A stretch of 64,000 nt of DNA from Armatimonadota bacterium (GTDB lineage Bacteria; Armatimonadota; UBA5829; DSUL01), in the NCBI GenBank assembly GCA_039811685.1, contig JBDHZC010000006.1:129128-193127 (forward strand), written 5' to 3'. Every line of letters starts with the position of its first letter. The stretch's first letter is position 1. The notes beneath the pieces were generated by a model that did no database searches, had not been told where the DNA came from, and worked only from the letters and a program-made list of their open reading frames with translations. Shown here piece by piece: positions 39,644 through 48,493 of the stretch. The translations under genes and the position numbers were made by a program.

Positions 39644-39764
39644 ATCCGTTCCTCAACTCATTGCACCAGACGCTCGTCAGGCGTCCCACAGCTTTTCCAC
39701 GCGCTCAAGAAAGCAATCTCATCGCCAGCTACTTTCCGCTGAGGCCTCCAGCCGCCAGTTTCCT

Positions 39765-40355
39765 TCACTTGAACGAGTCTGATTCCTGATTCTTCGCCTT
39801 CTCACCTTTCAGCCAGGGAACCACTGGGTCCAGAGGCGGCACGGCGGCGTTAGGCGTGCTGGACAGAGAGTGCACCCTGCCGTGAGGCACCTCTCGATGG
39901 CAGTCTGTGCACGATCTGTCCCAGTCCGTATGCACCGGCGCTCTGGCACGCTCGATCGTCGCGCGATGACAGCGAATGCAGTTTTCCTGGATCACGTGCT
40001 CGGACTCGGGAATCGCCTTAATGACCTGCTTCTCCATGCCCAGCGTGAACAGCACTGAATGGCGTGTGCCGTCCTTGGCTTTGAAATAGTACTTTCTGAG
40101 AGTGCTGTCGTGCGGAACGTGACAGTCGTTGCAGTTGGCGACACGAGCGTGGCTGGAGTGCTTCCATGAGGCGTACTCCGGAACCATGATGTGGCAGTTG
40201 ATGCACGCTTCGGGGTCATCAGACAAATAAGACGCCGCCCGCGAGATGTGGGCGACATAGAGAACCATCCCGACGAAGGCGCCCAGTACGGCAAAGACTG
40301 CGTAACGCAACCGCCTCGGAATTTTGCGACAGACGTCTTTTGGGCTGGCAATCAT
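39765..40355 (-). CDS. nrfH: Tetraheme quinol dehydrogenase NrfH
   Basis: N-terminal TM and CINCH, CNDCH, CIRCH, CTDCH motifs. Confidence 0.94.
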   Translation of the reverse strand: MIASPKDVCRKIPRRLRYAVFAVLGAFVGMVLYVAHISRAASYLSDDPEACINCHIMVPEYASWKHSSHARVANCNDCHVPHDSTLRKYYFKAKDGTRHSVLFTLGMEKQVIKAIPESEHVIQENCIRCHRATIERARAPVHTDWDRSCTDCHREVPHGRVHSLSSTPNAAVPPLDPVVPWLKGEKAKNQESDSFK

Positions 40356-40646
40356 TACTGTGTAGCCGCGGGACTCGCTCTTCCCGCCGGTTCAAGCGCG
40401 TCTGAGGGCTGGATCGCGCTGGGCCACGCACACCCGCGCCAACAGCTTGCGACGCACGACTCACAGGAGATTTCACCTTTTCAAGCGGCTGTTCCTTGTC
40501 GAGACCTGGCCGCGCCGATAGTACTTTCGTACTGGCGCGTGCGCCAGGCCCCTATCATGCGAGGCACAGCGTAGCTGAAGAGACGCCGCAGACGCATGCA
40601 GCAAAGAAGCTGAGGCCCACGGCCAGCACAGACAGCGTCCGGTAGC

Positions 40647-41519
40647 TTACTTCTTCCTGTCTTTGCCGGTGATTTTGCGCATCAGCCACATAACGGGGTC
40701 GTAGTAGCGATCCGCCAGACGTTCCTTGAGAGGGATAATCGCATTGTCCGTGATGTGGATACCTTCCGGACAGACTTCTGTGCAGCACTTCGTAATGTTG
40801 CAAAAGCCGATTCCGAAGTCTTCCTTTATCTGGGACACGCGGTCCGCGGTATCCAGAGGGTGCATCTCGAGACTCGCGAGCCGGATAAACCAGCGTGGGC
40901 CCGCAAAGGCGTCCTGACGGCGATGATCGCGCAGGACGTGGCAAACGTCCTGACAGAGGAAGCACTCAATGCACTTGCGGAATTCCTGGATGCGATCGAC
41001 GTCCTTTTGCATCATACGATAGTTGCCATCGGCATCGCGAGGTTTTGGTTTGAACGGCGGAATTCGCTTGTTCACTTCATAGTTGAACGAAACGTCCGTA
41101 ACCAGGTCCTTGATGATAGGGAACGTCTTCATCGGCTGGACGGTGATGGTCTCTTCGGGGTCGTAATCGCTCAGACGAGTCATACACGCCAGCTTTGGCC
41201 TTCCGTTTATCTCCATCGAGCACGATCCGCACTTGCCCGCTTTGCAGTTCCAGCGGCACGCCAGATCGTTAGCGTGAAGCGCTTGAATACGGTGGATGGC
41301 GTCGAGGACCACCATACCAGGACCGCATTCGACTTCATAATCTACAAAGTCGCCGCTGTCTTTATCACCTCGCCACACCTGAAACCGGCGCGAAGAAACT
41401 GCGGAGAGCGGTATTGCGGATGACGGGTCGGTGGTGGAGTTTTGATCTGGGGAGGCGGAATGTGTTTCCTGAGCTGGCGCCGGAGCAAGGTTATCGGGCC
41501 GAGTCTGCTCATTTGACAT
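40647..41519 (-). CDS. sdhB: Succinate dehydrogenase/fumarate reductase Fe-S subunit
   Basis: CKAGKCGSC, CIECFLCQDVC and CNITKCCTEVCP motifs. ATG 41519 overlaps the sdhA end. Confidence 0.92.
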   Translation of the reverse strand: MSNEQTRPDNLAPAPAQETHSASPDQNSTTDPSSAIPLSAVSSRRFQVWRGDKDSGDFVDYEVECGPGMVVLDAIHRIQALHANDLACRWNCKAGKCGSCSMEINGRPKLACMTRLSDYDPEETITVQPMKTFPIIKDLVTDVSFNYEVNKRIPPFKPKPRDADGNYRMMQKDVDRIQEFRKCIECFLCQDVCHVLRDHRRQDAFAGPRWFIRLASLEMHPLDTADRVSQIKEDFGIGFCNITKCCTEVCPEGIHITDNAIIPLKERLADRYYDPVMWLMRKITGKDRKK

Positions 41520-43347
41520 TGGCGGTACCTTCCAATTCTTCCAGTGATGCGTAGGCGATAGCGGCCAGATCGGCCGGTGGGTCCGGCCGTACATCAGTGC
41601 GCACGTTCATGCCGCTCTCACCTTTTGAAATAATGACGTTGTGTTTGCCCCATTCCTCGCGTTCGCCCTGAAAATCATCCCGCGTGTGGCCGCCGCGACT
41701 CTCCTCGCGGATCAGCGCTGCCCGCGCCACGGCCTCCGCAGTCGTTAGCAATGACGTCAGATCCAGAGCCTGATGCCATCCGGGGTTGTACTGGCTGGCC
41801 CCGTGGGCTTTGACGAGGGCGGCTTCGCGCTTCAGATCTTCAAGCTGGCGAAGCGCTTCTTCCAGCTCCGCGCGTGTGCGAATGATGCCGACATTCGTCT
41901 GCATCATATCCTGCAGCTTCTCCTGCAAGACGTACGGATTTGGCCCGTCTTCGCGGTTCAGGACATCTGTCGCCTCGCGAATGACCTCCATAACCTGGTC
42001 GCTGTCCACCTCGGGAGCTTTCTCCAGAGTCTGAATGTAATCGCTCGCGCCCGCTCCGGCCAACTGTCCAAACACCAGCAAGTCCGACAGTGAGTTGCCA
42101 CCCAGGCGATTTGCGCCGTGCATTCCACCAGTGCACTCTCCGCACGCAAACAGCCCGTCAACTGTCTGGCTCATCTGAGTGTCGTCATCAACCCGGATGC
42201 CACCCATAAAGTAGTGCATCGTGGGTCCGACTTCCATTGGCTCTTTGGTGATGTCAATCTCCGCGAGCTCTTTGAACTGGTGATACATGGATGGGAGTTT
42301 GCGTTTGATGTCTTCCGCGCTTCTTCTGGAGGCAATATCCAGATAGACCCCGCCATGCGTAGATCCGCGGCCGGCTTTGACCTCCGTGTTGATTGCGCGG
42401 GCTACGACGTCCCGTGTCAGGAGCTCCGGTGGCCGCCGTGCGCCCGGATCGCCTTCCAGCCAGCGCGCTGCCTCCTGGACCGTATCCGCCGTCTCAGCGG
42501 CAAAGCGCTCGGGGATATAGTCGAACATGAATCGCTCGCCCTTGTTGTTGAGCAGAATCCCACCCTCGCCGCGTACGCCTTCCGTGACCAGAACTCCCCG
42601 TACGGAGGGCGGCCAGACCATACCTGTCGGATGAAACTGCGTGAACTCCATATGAATGAGCTCTGCGCCCGCTTCATAAGCCATCGCCGCGCCATCTCCG
42701 GAATACTCCCAGGAGTTGGAGGTGATGCGCCACGCGCGGCCGCCGCCGCCAGTCGCCAGAATTACGGCCTTGGCCTTGAACAGAACGAACCGCCCTGTCT
42801 CACGCCACAACCCGACTGCACCGGAAATGCGAGGCCCATCTTTGAGCAGATTAAGGACCTTGCACTCCATATAGATGTCGATAGGTTGGTGAACGCCAAA
42901 ATCCTGCAGTGTGCGAATGATTTCCAGACCTGTGCGATCGCCCACATGAGCGAGCCTCGGATAGCGATGTCCACCGAAGTTGCGCTGGGAGATCAGGCCG
43001 TCCGCGGTGCGGTCGAACACCGCCCCCCACTCTTCAAGCTCGCGGACGCGCTCCGGTGAGAGCTTCGCGTGCAACTCAGCCATGCGCCACTGATTCATGA
43101 ACTTGCCGCCGCGCATGGTGTCCCGAAAATGAATCTTCCAGTTGTCCCGGTTGTCTGTATTTCCGAGTGAGGCCGCCACGCCGCCTTCTGCCATCACCGT
43201 GTGAGCTTTGCCCAGCAGCGACTTGCAGACAAGACCTGTCTTCAGGCCCAGACGGGCGCACTCGATAGCTGCGCGCAGACCGGCGCCGCCTGCGCCAATG
43301 ACCAGCACGTCGTGCTCAAATGTCTGAATTTCCGATATGTCCGCCAA
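41509..43347 (-). CDS. sdhA: Succinate dehydrogenase/fumarate reductase flavoprotein
   Basis: GAGGAG, AHTVMAEGG, QFHPTG, HYFMGG, HGANRLGGNSL and ESRGGH motifs. Confidence 0.94.
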   Translation of the reverse strand: MADISEIQTFEHDVLVIGAGGAGLRAAIECARLGLKTGLVCKSLLGKAHTVMAEGGVAASLGNTDNRDNWKIHFRDTMRGGKFMNQWRMAELHAKLSPERVRELEEWGAVFDRTADGLISQRNFGGHRYPRLAHVGDRTGLEIIRTLQDFGVHQPIDIYMECKVLNLLKDGPRISGAVGLWRETGRFVLFKAKAVILATGGGGRAWRITSNSWEYSGDGAAMAYEAGAELIHMEFTQFHPTGMVWPPSVRGVLVTEGVRGEGGILLNNKGERFMFDYIPERFAAETADTVQEAARWLEGDPGARRPPELLTRDVVARAINTEVKAGRGSTHGGVYLDIASRRSAEDIKRKLPSMYHQFKELAEIDITKEPMEVGPTMHYFMGGIRVDDDTQMSQTVDGLFACGECTGGMHGANRLGGNSLSDLLVFGQLAGAGASDYIQTLEKAPEVDSDQVMEVIREATDVLNREDGPNPYVLQEKLQDMMQTNVGIIRTRAELEEALRQLEDLKREAALVKAHGASQYNPGWHQALDLTSLLTTAEAVARAALIREESRGGHTRDDFQGEREEWGKHNVIISKGESGMNVRTDVRPDPPADLAAIAYASLEELEGTANVK

Positions 43348-43350
43348 GCG

Positions 43351-44211
43351 CTATCTCCCCCAGGTGTTGAAGTCCGGAATGTAGCCCAGAGACACCATCC
43401 GCACGTAAAAATCAGTGAACGCCACCCAGAACAGACTCATCCAGGCGTACTGCATGTGCCTTTCGTTGAACCCCGTAATCTTCGACCAGAGCGAATGCCG
43501 GGCCTCGCAGGATGAGCTGCAACTGAAGCAATCCAGCCTTCCGCCTACAAGGTGCCTCAGAGAGTGGCAGCCAAAGGTGTATCCTGACAGCAGCGCCGCG
43601 TTGATGATGAGGACAACTGTTCCTACCCCGATACCAAAGCGCCCATCTTTGAAAAATGCGCGCACAGCATCCGTCCACAGGACAACAACAAAGATCAAGG
43701 CGATGTACATCGCGTAGCGGTGGAGGTTCTGAAAAAGCAGAAACTTGGTTTCGCCCTTGTAAGGGTGCTGCGGAATCGGGCCCACAGCGCATCCCGGTGG
43801 CATCCCCGCAAACGATCGGTAATAGGCTTTGCGATAGTAGTAACAGGTGAACCTGAAAGCCCCCGGGAACGGGAGAATCAGGATGGAGGGCGAGATAGGA
43901 ATAAAAGCGGGCCACCACTGCGGCCAGCTCCCAAACCAGGCGTGGGCAACAGGCGCAGCCCCGGCGGCGTCAGGGTTCACCCACAACAGCGGCGAGTAAA
44001 ACGGCGACAGATACGGACTGACGTAGTAGTGGTTGCCCTGGAAGGCGGCCCAGGTTGCATAAATGATGAACAAGCTGAGGCCGATGAGAACGGCGAGAGG
44101 CTCAGTCGCCCAGTGGTCTTTTCGGGAAGTGGCCCGGAAGCCGTCCTTATGACCGCCAGGACGAGTACCGGCGGCTGGCGCATGATCAGCCGGATTTGTT
44201 GATACTGCCAC
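43351..44211 (-). CDS. Succinate dehydrogenase membrane anchor (Sdh1/Rv0249c-like)
   Basis: Multi-TM protein with RFTCYYYRKAYYRSF, QNLHRY and GCHSLRH motifs. Confidence 0.85.
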   Translation of the reverse strand: MAVSTNPADHAPAAGTRPGGHKDGFRATSRKDHWATEPLAVLIGLSLFIIYATWAAFQGNHYYVSPYLSPFYSPLLWVNPDAAGAAPVAHAWFGSWPQWWPAFIPISPSILILPFPGAFRFTCYYYRKAYYRSFAGMPPGCAVGPIPQHPYKGETKFLLFQNLHRYAMYIALIFVVVLWTDAVRAFFKDGRFGIGVGTVVLIINAALLSGYTFGCHSLRHLVGGRLDCFSCSSSCEARHSLWSKITGFNERHMQYAWMSLFWVAFTDFYVRMVSLGYIPDFNTWGR

Positions 44212-44293
44212 GGATTGATAGTCCTCCTAGCTTACTGCAGGCACGCGGCTTGCGCTTGAGAGCGCTGCCCATTCTACTATATGTTGCCGAGAC

Positions 44294-44779
44294 CTACAAG
44301 GGAGGCGAAGACGCAGGCCGCCCTTTCCAGTAGATAAGCTCATCCACATCGGGTACGACGTAGCCGGGAATTCTCCCCACGCTCATATAACCCAGAGACT
44401 CATAAAATCGCTGCGCAGAAGCGTTGAAGTCGCTGGTGAGGAGAAAAGCGTGCTCGGAGACTTGAAATATCTGGGACTCAGCAGCCGACATCAAAGCTCT
44501 GCCGACGCCTGAGCGGCGCCGGTCCGAACGGACGGCCAGGAGGCGGATATATCCGCCGCGTCCAAACGTGCCCTGCGTGACGAACCAGACGAGCCCGGCC
44601 TCTTCACCATCTACCAGCGCCGTCAGGAGCGTGCCACTTTGCAGCGCGCGGCCGATGTACTCATCCGGTGTGCCAAGGGCATTGCTGTAGCGCTGGAGAA
44701 ACTCGGCGTCCGCCACTATTCGGGCCAGCGCCTGAGCCTGCTGCGGGTTGGCTGGCAATACTTCGACGGCGCTCTTCAT
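44294..44779 (-). CDS. GNAT acetyltransferase
   Basis: RRSGVGRALM and AQRFYESLGY motifs. Confidence 0.88.
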   Translation of the reverse strand: MKSAVEVLPANPQQAQALARIVADAEFLQRYSNALGTPDEYIGRALQSGTLLTALVDGEEAGLVWFVTQGTFGRGGYIRLLAVRSDRRRSGVGRALMSAAESQIFQVSEHAFLLTSDFNASAQRFYESLGYMSVGRIPGYVVPDVDELIYWKGRPASSPPL

Positions 44780-45180
44780 CCCGTAATCTGCCGAGAACCG
44801 GACGTAAACTGGTGGAACTCAATCGGGTTGCCATCGGGGTCTTGTATCCAGAACTGCCACGCACCGTCAGCGCCCAGTACCGGCTCCGCACTGCTGCTGA
44901 CCACACCTCGGGACGCCAGCTCTCGATAGGCGCGTTGAATATCGTCCACTTCCAGGCAGAGATGGACTGTTCCGGCCGACTCTGTCTTCTGGTGGGGAGC
45001 AGCAGCTCCCGGAAACAGCTCGATAAACTGGTTCTGGGCAACCTTGATGTAAACGAGCCAGGGCTTACCGTCTTTTTCAAGCCGAAACTGCTCACTCAGA
45101 CCAAGAACGCTGAGATAGAAATTCAGCGCTTTGTCGATATCTGTCACGCGGATGGCGACGTGCGATAGGGCGCGTATCAT
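44776..45180 (-). CDS. VOC/glyoxalase family protein
   Basis: SHVAIRV..FY..VLG, HLCLEV and DPDGNPIE motifs. Confidence 0.9.
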   Translation of the reverse strand: MIRALSHVAIRVTDIDKALNFYLSVLGLSEQFRLEKDGKPWLVYIKVAQNQFIELFPGAAAPHQKTESAGTVHLCLEVDDIQRAYRELASRGVVSSSAEPVLGADGAWQFWIQDPDGNPIEFHQFTSGSRQITG

Positions 45181-45219
45181 AGCAGGGTAAGCTTAGAACT
45201 CGCCCGCCAAAGTCCTGCT

Positions 45220-45897
45220 TCAGCCGGTGGCGAACTCCTCCGGGTGTGCCCGTATGTAGTCGGCCCGCATCTTTGTCAGAGAGTGCTGTTTCTCCAGTTT
45301 CAGAAACTCGGCGTCGTATTTGCCCAGATCAGAGTACTCATACGATCGAGAGAAAGCATCAGGCGTGCCAATCCGGCGGAAGCGCTCCCGCATCGGGGCT
45401 TCCTTTCGGGCCTGCACAATTGCTCTCTCCACGAGATCCGCATAATGGCGCGCGCCGATCAACTCAAAGTCCTCGACTACCTCGTTGTCCAACGCACCCT
45501 GCGTGTTCCAGAAGTACTGATTGAACCCACCGTTCTCCACCTCAGCCTGCAGATTGATGGTGGTGTAGATCATGCGCATCCCGCGCGGCAGTTTCCTGGC
45601 TGCTTCCTCTTCGGGTCCGGGAATCTGGCGCAAAAGGTACTCCACCTGCGTCGCCGCGCCGGACTCCAGCAGGTCGTCTGGCAGATCGTGAATCATCCCC
45701 ACGGTCAAAGGCTCGGGGCGAGGCAGATCGTCCGTGCCGTGAGACCTCTCTGGCGCCTGCTTTGCTGGTTGGGCGGCTTTCGGAGGAACGGCAGGCGCTG
45801 ACGGTTTGAGCCGGAGGTAGCCGATAGCCGCACAGGCAGCGACAACTGCCACGACGGCAAACGCTACCATTCGACTACTCTGTACCGGTGTCCTCAT
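45220..45897 (-). CDS. DUF4375/DMP19-family protein with N-terminal membrane anchor
   Basis: AEVENGGFNQYFWN and YIRAHPEEF motifs with a hydrophobic N-terminus. Confidence 0.8.
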   Translation of the reverse strand: MRTPVQSSRMVAFAVVAVVAACAAIGYLRLKPSAPAVPPKAAQPAKQAPERSHGTDDLPRPEPLTVGMIHDLPDDLLESGAATQVEYLLRQIPGPEEEAARKLPRGMRMIYTTINLQAEVENGGFNQYFWNTQGALDNEVVEDFELIGARHYADLVERAIVQARKEAPMRERFRRIGTPDAFSRSYEYSDLGKYDAEFLKLEKQHSLTKMRADYIRAHPEEFATG

Positions 45898-46151
45898 CTG
45901 CTCTTCAGTATATCAGCTACATGCGCGTCTTTCGCCGGCAGGTGTTCAGACCAGCAAGACAGTCACAGGTCCATCCGGCTTGCCCGGACACTCTCGCCTC
46001 TGTTTACAGTTTCCCATTTCCGGGCTGTCTTCTCACGTGCATGCTCGGCAGATCAGCGCACTGGCAACCGCGCGAGCGCTCGGAGCTGTCTCAAATACTC
46101 CGCTTGCGGGTACTCTGAGAGTAGCGGCGTTAGAGGGCCGGCATATCTCCC

Positions 46152-47120
46152 ATGCAAGAGCAGCTTCACAGTCCCGTAGAGAAAAACGAGGTCCAATCTC
46201 TTGACGGAGTTGATCTCAAAGGAGATCTGCGCCTCAAAGTTGACGGCAACAGCGTCTCCCTTACCAATCTCGACAAGATCTACTGGCCACAGGAGGGCAT
46301 CTCGAAGGGAGAATTGCTGAAATACTACTGGGATATCTCGGACGTCCTGCTGCCTCACCTCAGGGAGCGTCCACTCATTCTCAAGCGTCACCCTGACGGC
46401 ATTTCGGGACCCTGGTTCTTCCAGCACAATGTGGAATCCGCTCCATCCTATGTGCAGACTTTTGAGCGCCAAGACGGTGAGAAGACCATTCATCACGTCC
46501 TCGTCAACAACAAAGCGACTCTGCTCTACGTCGTGAATCTCGGGACGATCGCGCAGAACTGCTGGAGCTCTACGGTTGCTCACCCGGACAAACCGGACTG
46601 GATCGTCTTTGATCTGGACCCGGGCGAAGTGAAGTATGCGCAGGTGCTCAGAGTGGCGCTGGAGCTTCGTGAGACGCTGGCGCAGATCGGACTGAAGAGC
46701 TGGTGCAAGACTTCCGGATCGCGCGGAGCGCATGTGTATGTGCCGATCAACGCTGAATACTCCTACGACGCGACGCTGCAATTCGGCGAAGCAGTGTGTC
46801 AAAAACTCGCGCGTCAGCTTCCCGAGTTCGTGACGCTGGAGAGATCTATCCGGCAGCGGCCGCCAGACAGAATCTACCTCGACTACATGCAAAACTCCGA
46901 GGGCAAGAGTGTGGCATCCGCCTATTCGGTCCGGGCGAGAGCGCACGCCAGTGTTTCCACACCTTTGACGTGGGAGGAAGTGAGCGAGGGGCTCAGCGGC
47001 AATCTGAAACCCACGGATTTCACTATCCGCACAATGCCGCAGCGTCTAAAGAAGGTGGGCGATCTCTTCGAAGAAGTTATCAGTTTGAGGCAGTCTCTCC
47101 CAGATCTCTCAACCGTCTAG
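46152..47120 (+). CDS. LigD-type primase-polymerase domain protein (stand-alone)
   Basis: LTNLDKIYWP, RHPDG, FDLDP, KTSGSRGAHV and YLDYMQN motifs. Confidence 0.9.
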   Translation: MQEQLHSPVEKNEVQSLDGVDLKGDLRLKVDGNSVSLTNLDKIYWPQEGISKGELLKYYWDISDVLLPHLRERPLILKRHPDGISGPWFFQHNVESAPSYVQTFERQDGEKTIHHVLVNNKATLLYVVNLGTIAQNCWSSTVAHPDKPDWIVFDLDPGEVKYAQVLRVALELRETLAQIGLKSWCKTSGSRGAHVYVPINAEYSYDATLQFGEAVCQKLARQLPEFVTLERSIRQRPPDRIYLDYMQNSEGKSVASAYSVRARAHASVSTPLTWEEVSEGLSGNLKPTDFTIRTMPQRLKKVGDLFEEVISLRQSLPDLSTV

Positions 47121-47134
47121 GAGACAACCCAAAG

Positions 47135-48145
47135 CTAGTTGGGGAAAATCTCAGCGACCACCATGCGGTGATCGGAGTTATCCGTCCTCACAGCGCGGAC
47201 GCGCACTGCGTGAAGAGCTTTGCTGATCCAGATCTGGTCAATGCGAATGACGGGGAAGCTGTTCAGAAAGGTATTGCCCCACCCGCGCCCGTGAGAACGA
47301 AAACTATCGCGCATCAACCCTTTGAATGGTGAAAAGGCGCCGTCATGCGCTGGGGAGTTGAAGTCACCACCGACGACTACAGGCGCCTGGCGCGGCAGTG
47401 CGCTCACATGACCCGCCAGCAGCTGGACCTGCTCCCGATGCCGCTCTCGAACATCGCGGAAGGAACTCCAGTAGTCACGTGTCCAGAAATCGTAGCGAAA
47501 TGGCGCGACAGACAGGTGCGTACTGACGACAAACAGCTCGCTGCTCTGCCAGCGAACTCTCGCAGCCGCGCTTCTCACCGCAAGCTCCACTGGAAGGCGC
47601 TGTTTTTCCAGCGGATAGCGCGAGATGATGGAGCTGTCCATCCCAGTGATGTAAGACGCGCTCCTTCCGAAGAGAGAGCGCGCAACGTGGGCGACTTTGT
47701 CTGCGCCAGGAGACTCCTGGAGCAGGACGATATCCGGGTGCAAGCGTCGTGTTTCCAGGGCAGCGGCCGCCGTACCGCCCGCGCAGTTTACAGACACAAT
47801 GCGCAGTGTGGTAGAGGGAGCCGTTCTCTGGGGCATGAGCGAACGCGCGAGACTCCACGGCTCCTCGGACACAAGCGGAAGATAGACGACACTCAACACA
47901 GTCATTATGACGAAGTACGCCGGCCGCTTGCGCATAAGGCTGATAGCCGAGAGCAGCCAGCTTAGCACTATCCACATCCAGCCAGGCCAGACTGTCAGGC
48001 CGGCCAGAGCGTCCGGCTGGTACATATAAACCTTCTGGCAACCACTCAGAATCACCACCGCTAGCAGGAACAGCACTGTCTTGGCGGTTGAGAGCCGTGG
48101 GCGGGTGGTTGAACTGCTGTCAGATTTGTCTGTTGCCTGAGCCAT
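47135..48145 (-). CDS. Membrane-anchored endonuclease/exonuclease/phosphatase family protein
   Basis: LLQE, THL, GGDFN, RIDQI and SDH motifs with N-terminal TMs. Confidence 0.87.
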   Translation of the reverse strand: MAQATDKSDSSSTTRPRLSTAKTVLFLLAVVILSGCQKVYMYQPDALAGLTVWPGWMWIVLSWLLSAISLMRKRPAYFVIMTVLSVVYLPLVSEEPWSLARSLMPQRTAPSTTLRIVSVNCAGGTAAAALETRRLHPDIVLLQESPGADKVAHVARSLFGRSASYITGMDSSIISRYPLEKQRLPVELAVRSAAARVRWQSSELFVVSTHLSVAPFRYDFWTRDYWSSFRDVRERHREQVQLLAGHVSALPRQAPVVVGGDFNSPAHDGAFSPFKGLMRDSFRSHGRGWGNTFLNSFPVIRIDQIWISKALHAVRVRAVRTDNSDHRMVVAEIFPN

Positions 48146-48493
48146 TTGTGTTAGCCGCTACCCTTGTGCGCCGCCGCCGTGGAAACTCAAGCTCTGCACC
48201 TGACCGGACGCCTCTCGGAGCGGGGAAATGCAGCACGCCCGGCGCACAAGCGTTGAAAACAGATTCGACATCAGACAGTGCCGGACATTCCTGAACTGAG
48301 CGTCCGCGACTGACCAAAACTGGAACATCTCTCCAAATGATGTGCAAAGTTGCTTGCGAAACCGGTTGACCTGTGACACTTCCTGTGTTAGCCTGTAGAG
48401 TACACCTCTCGTAGATCTGGGACAACCCGGACGGCCGTGAGTTCGTTGCACACTCGCATACGACAGAACCACGGGAGAGGAAGGAGAAATAAG

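Noticed and set aside
33943..40355. Genomic island integrated at tRNA-Thr
   Set aside because: No integrase was seen, and I noticed no duplicated tRNA 3' end or obvious compositional shift.
40440..40470. CRP/FNR-like site upstream of nrfH (TGTGA...TCGCA)
   Set aside because: The spacer is 8 nt rather than 6, and there is no TTGAT-N4-ATCAA match.
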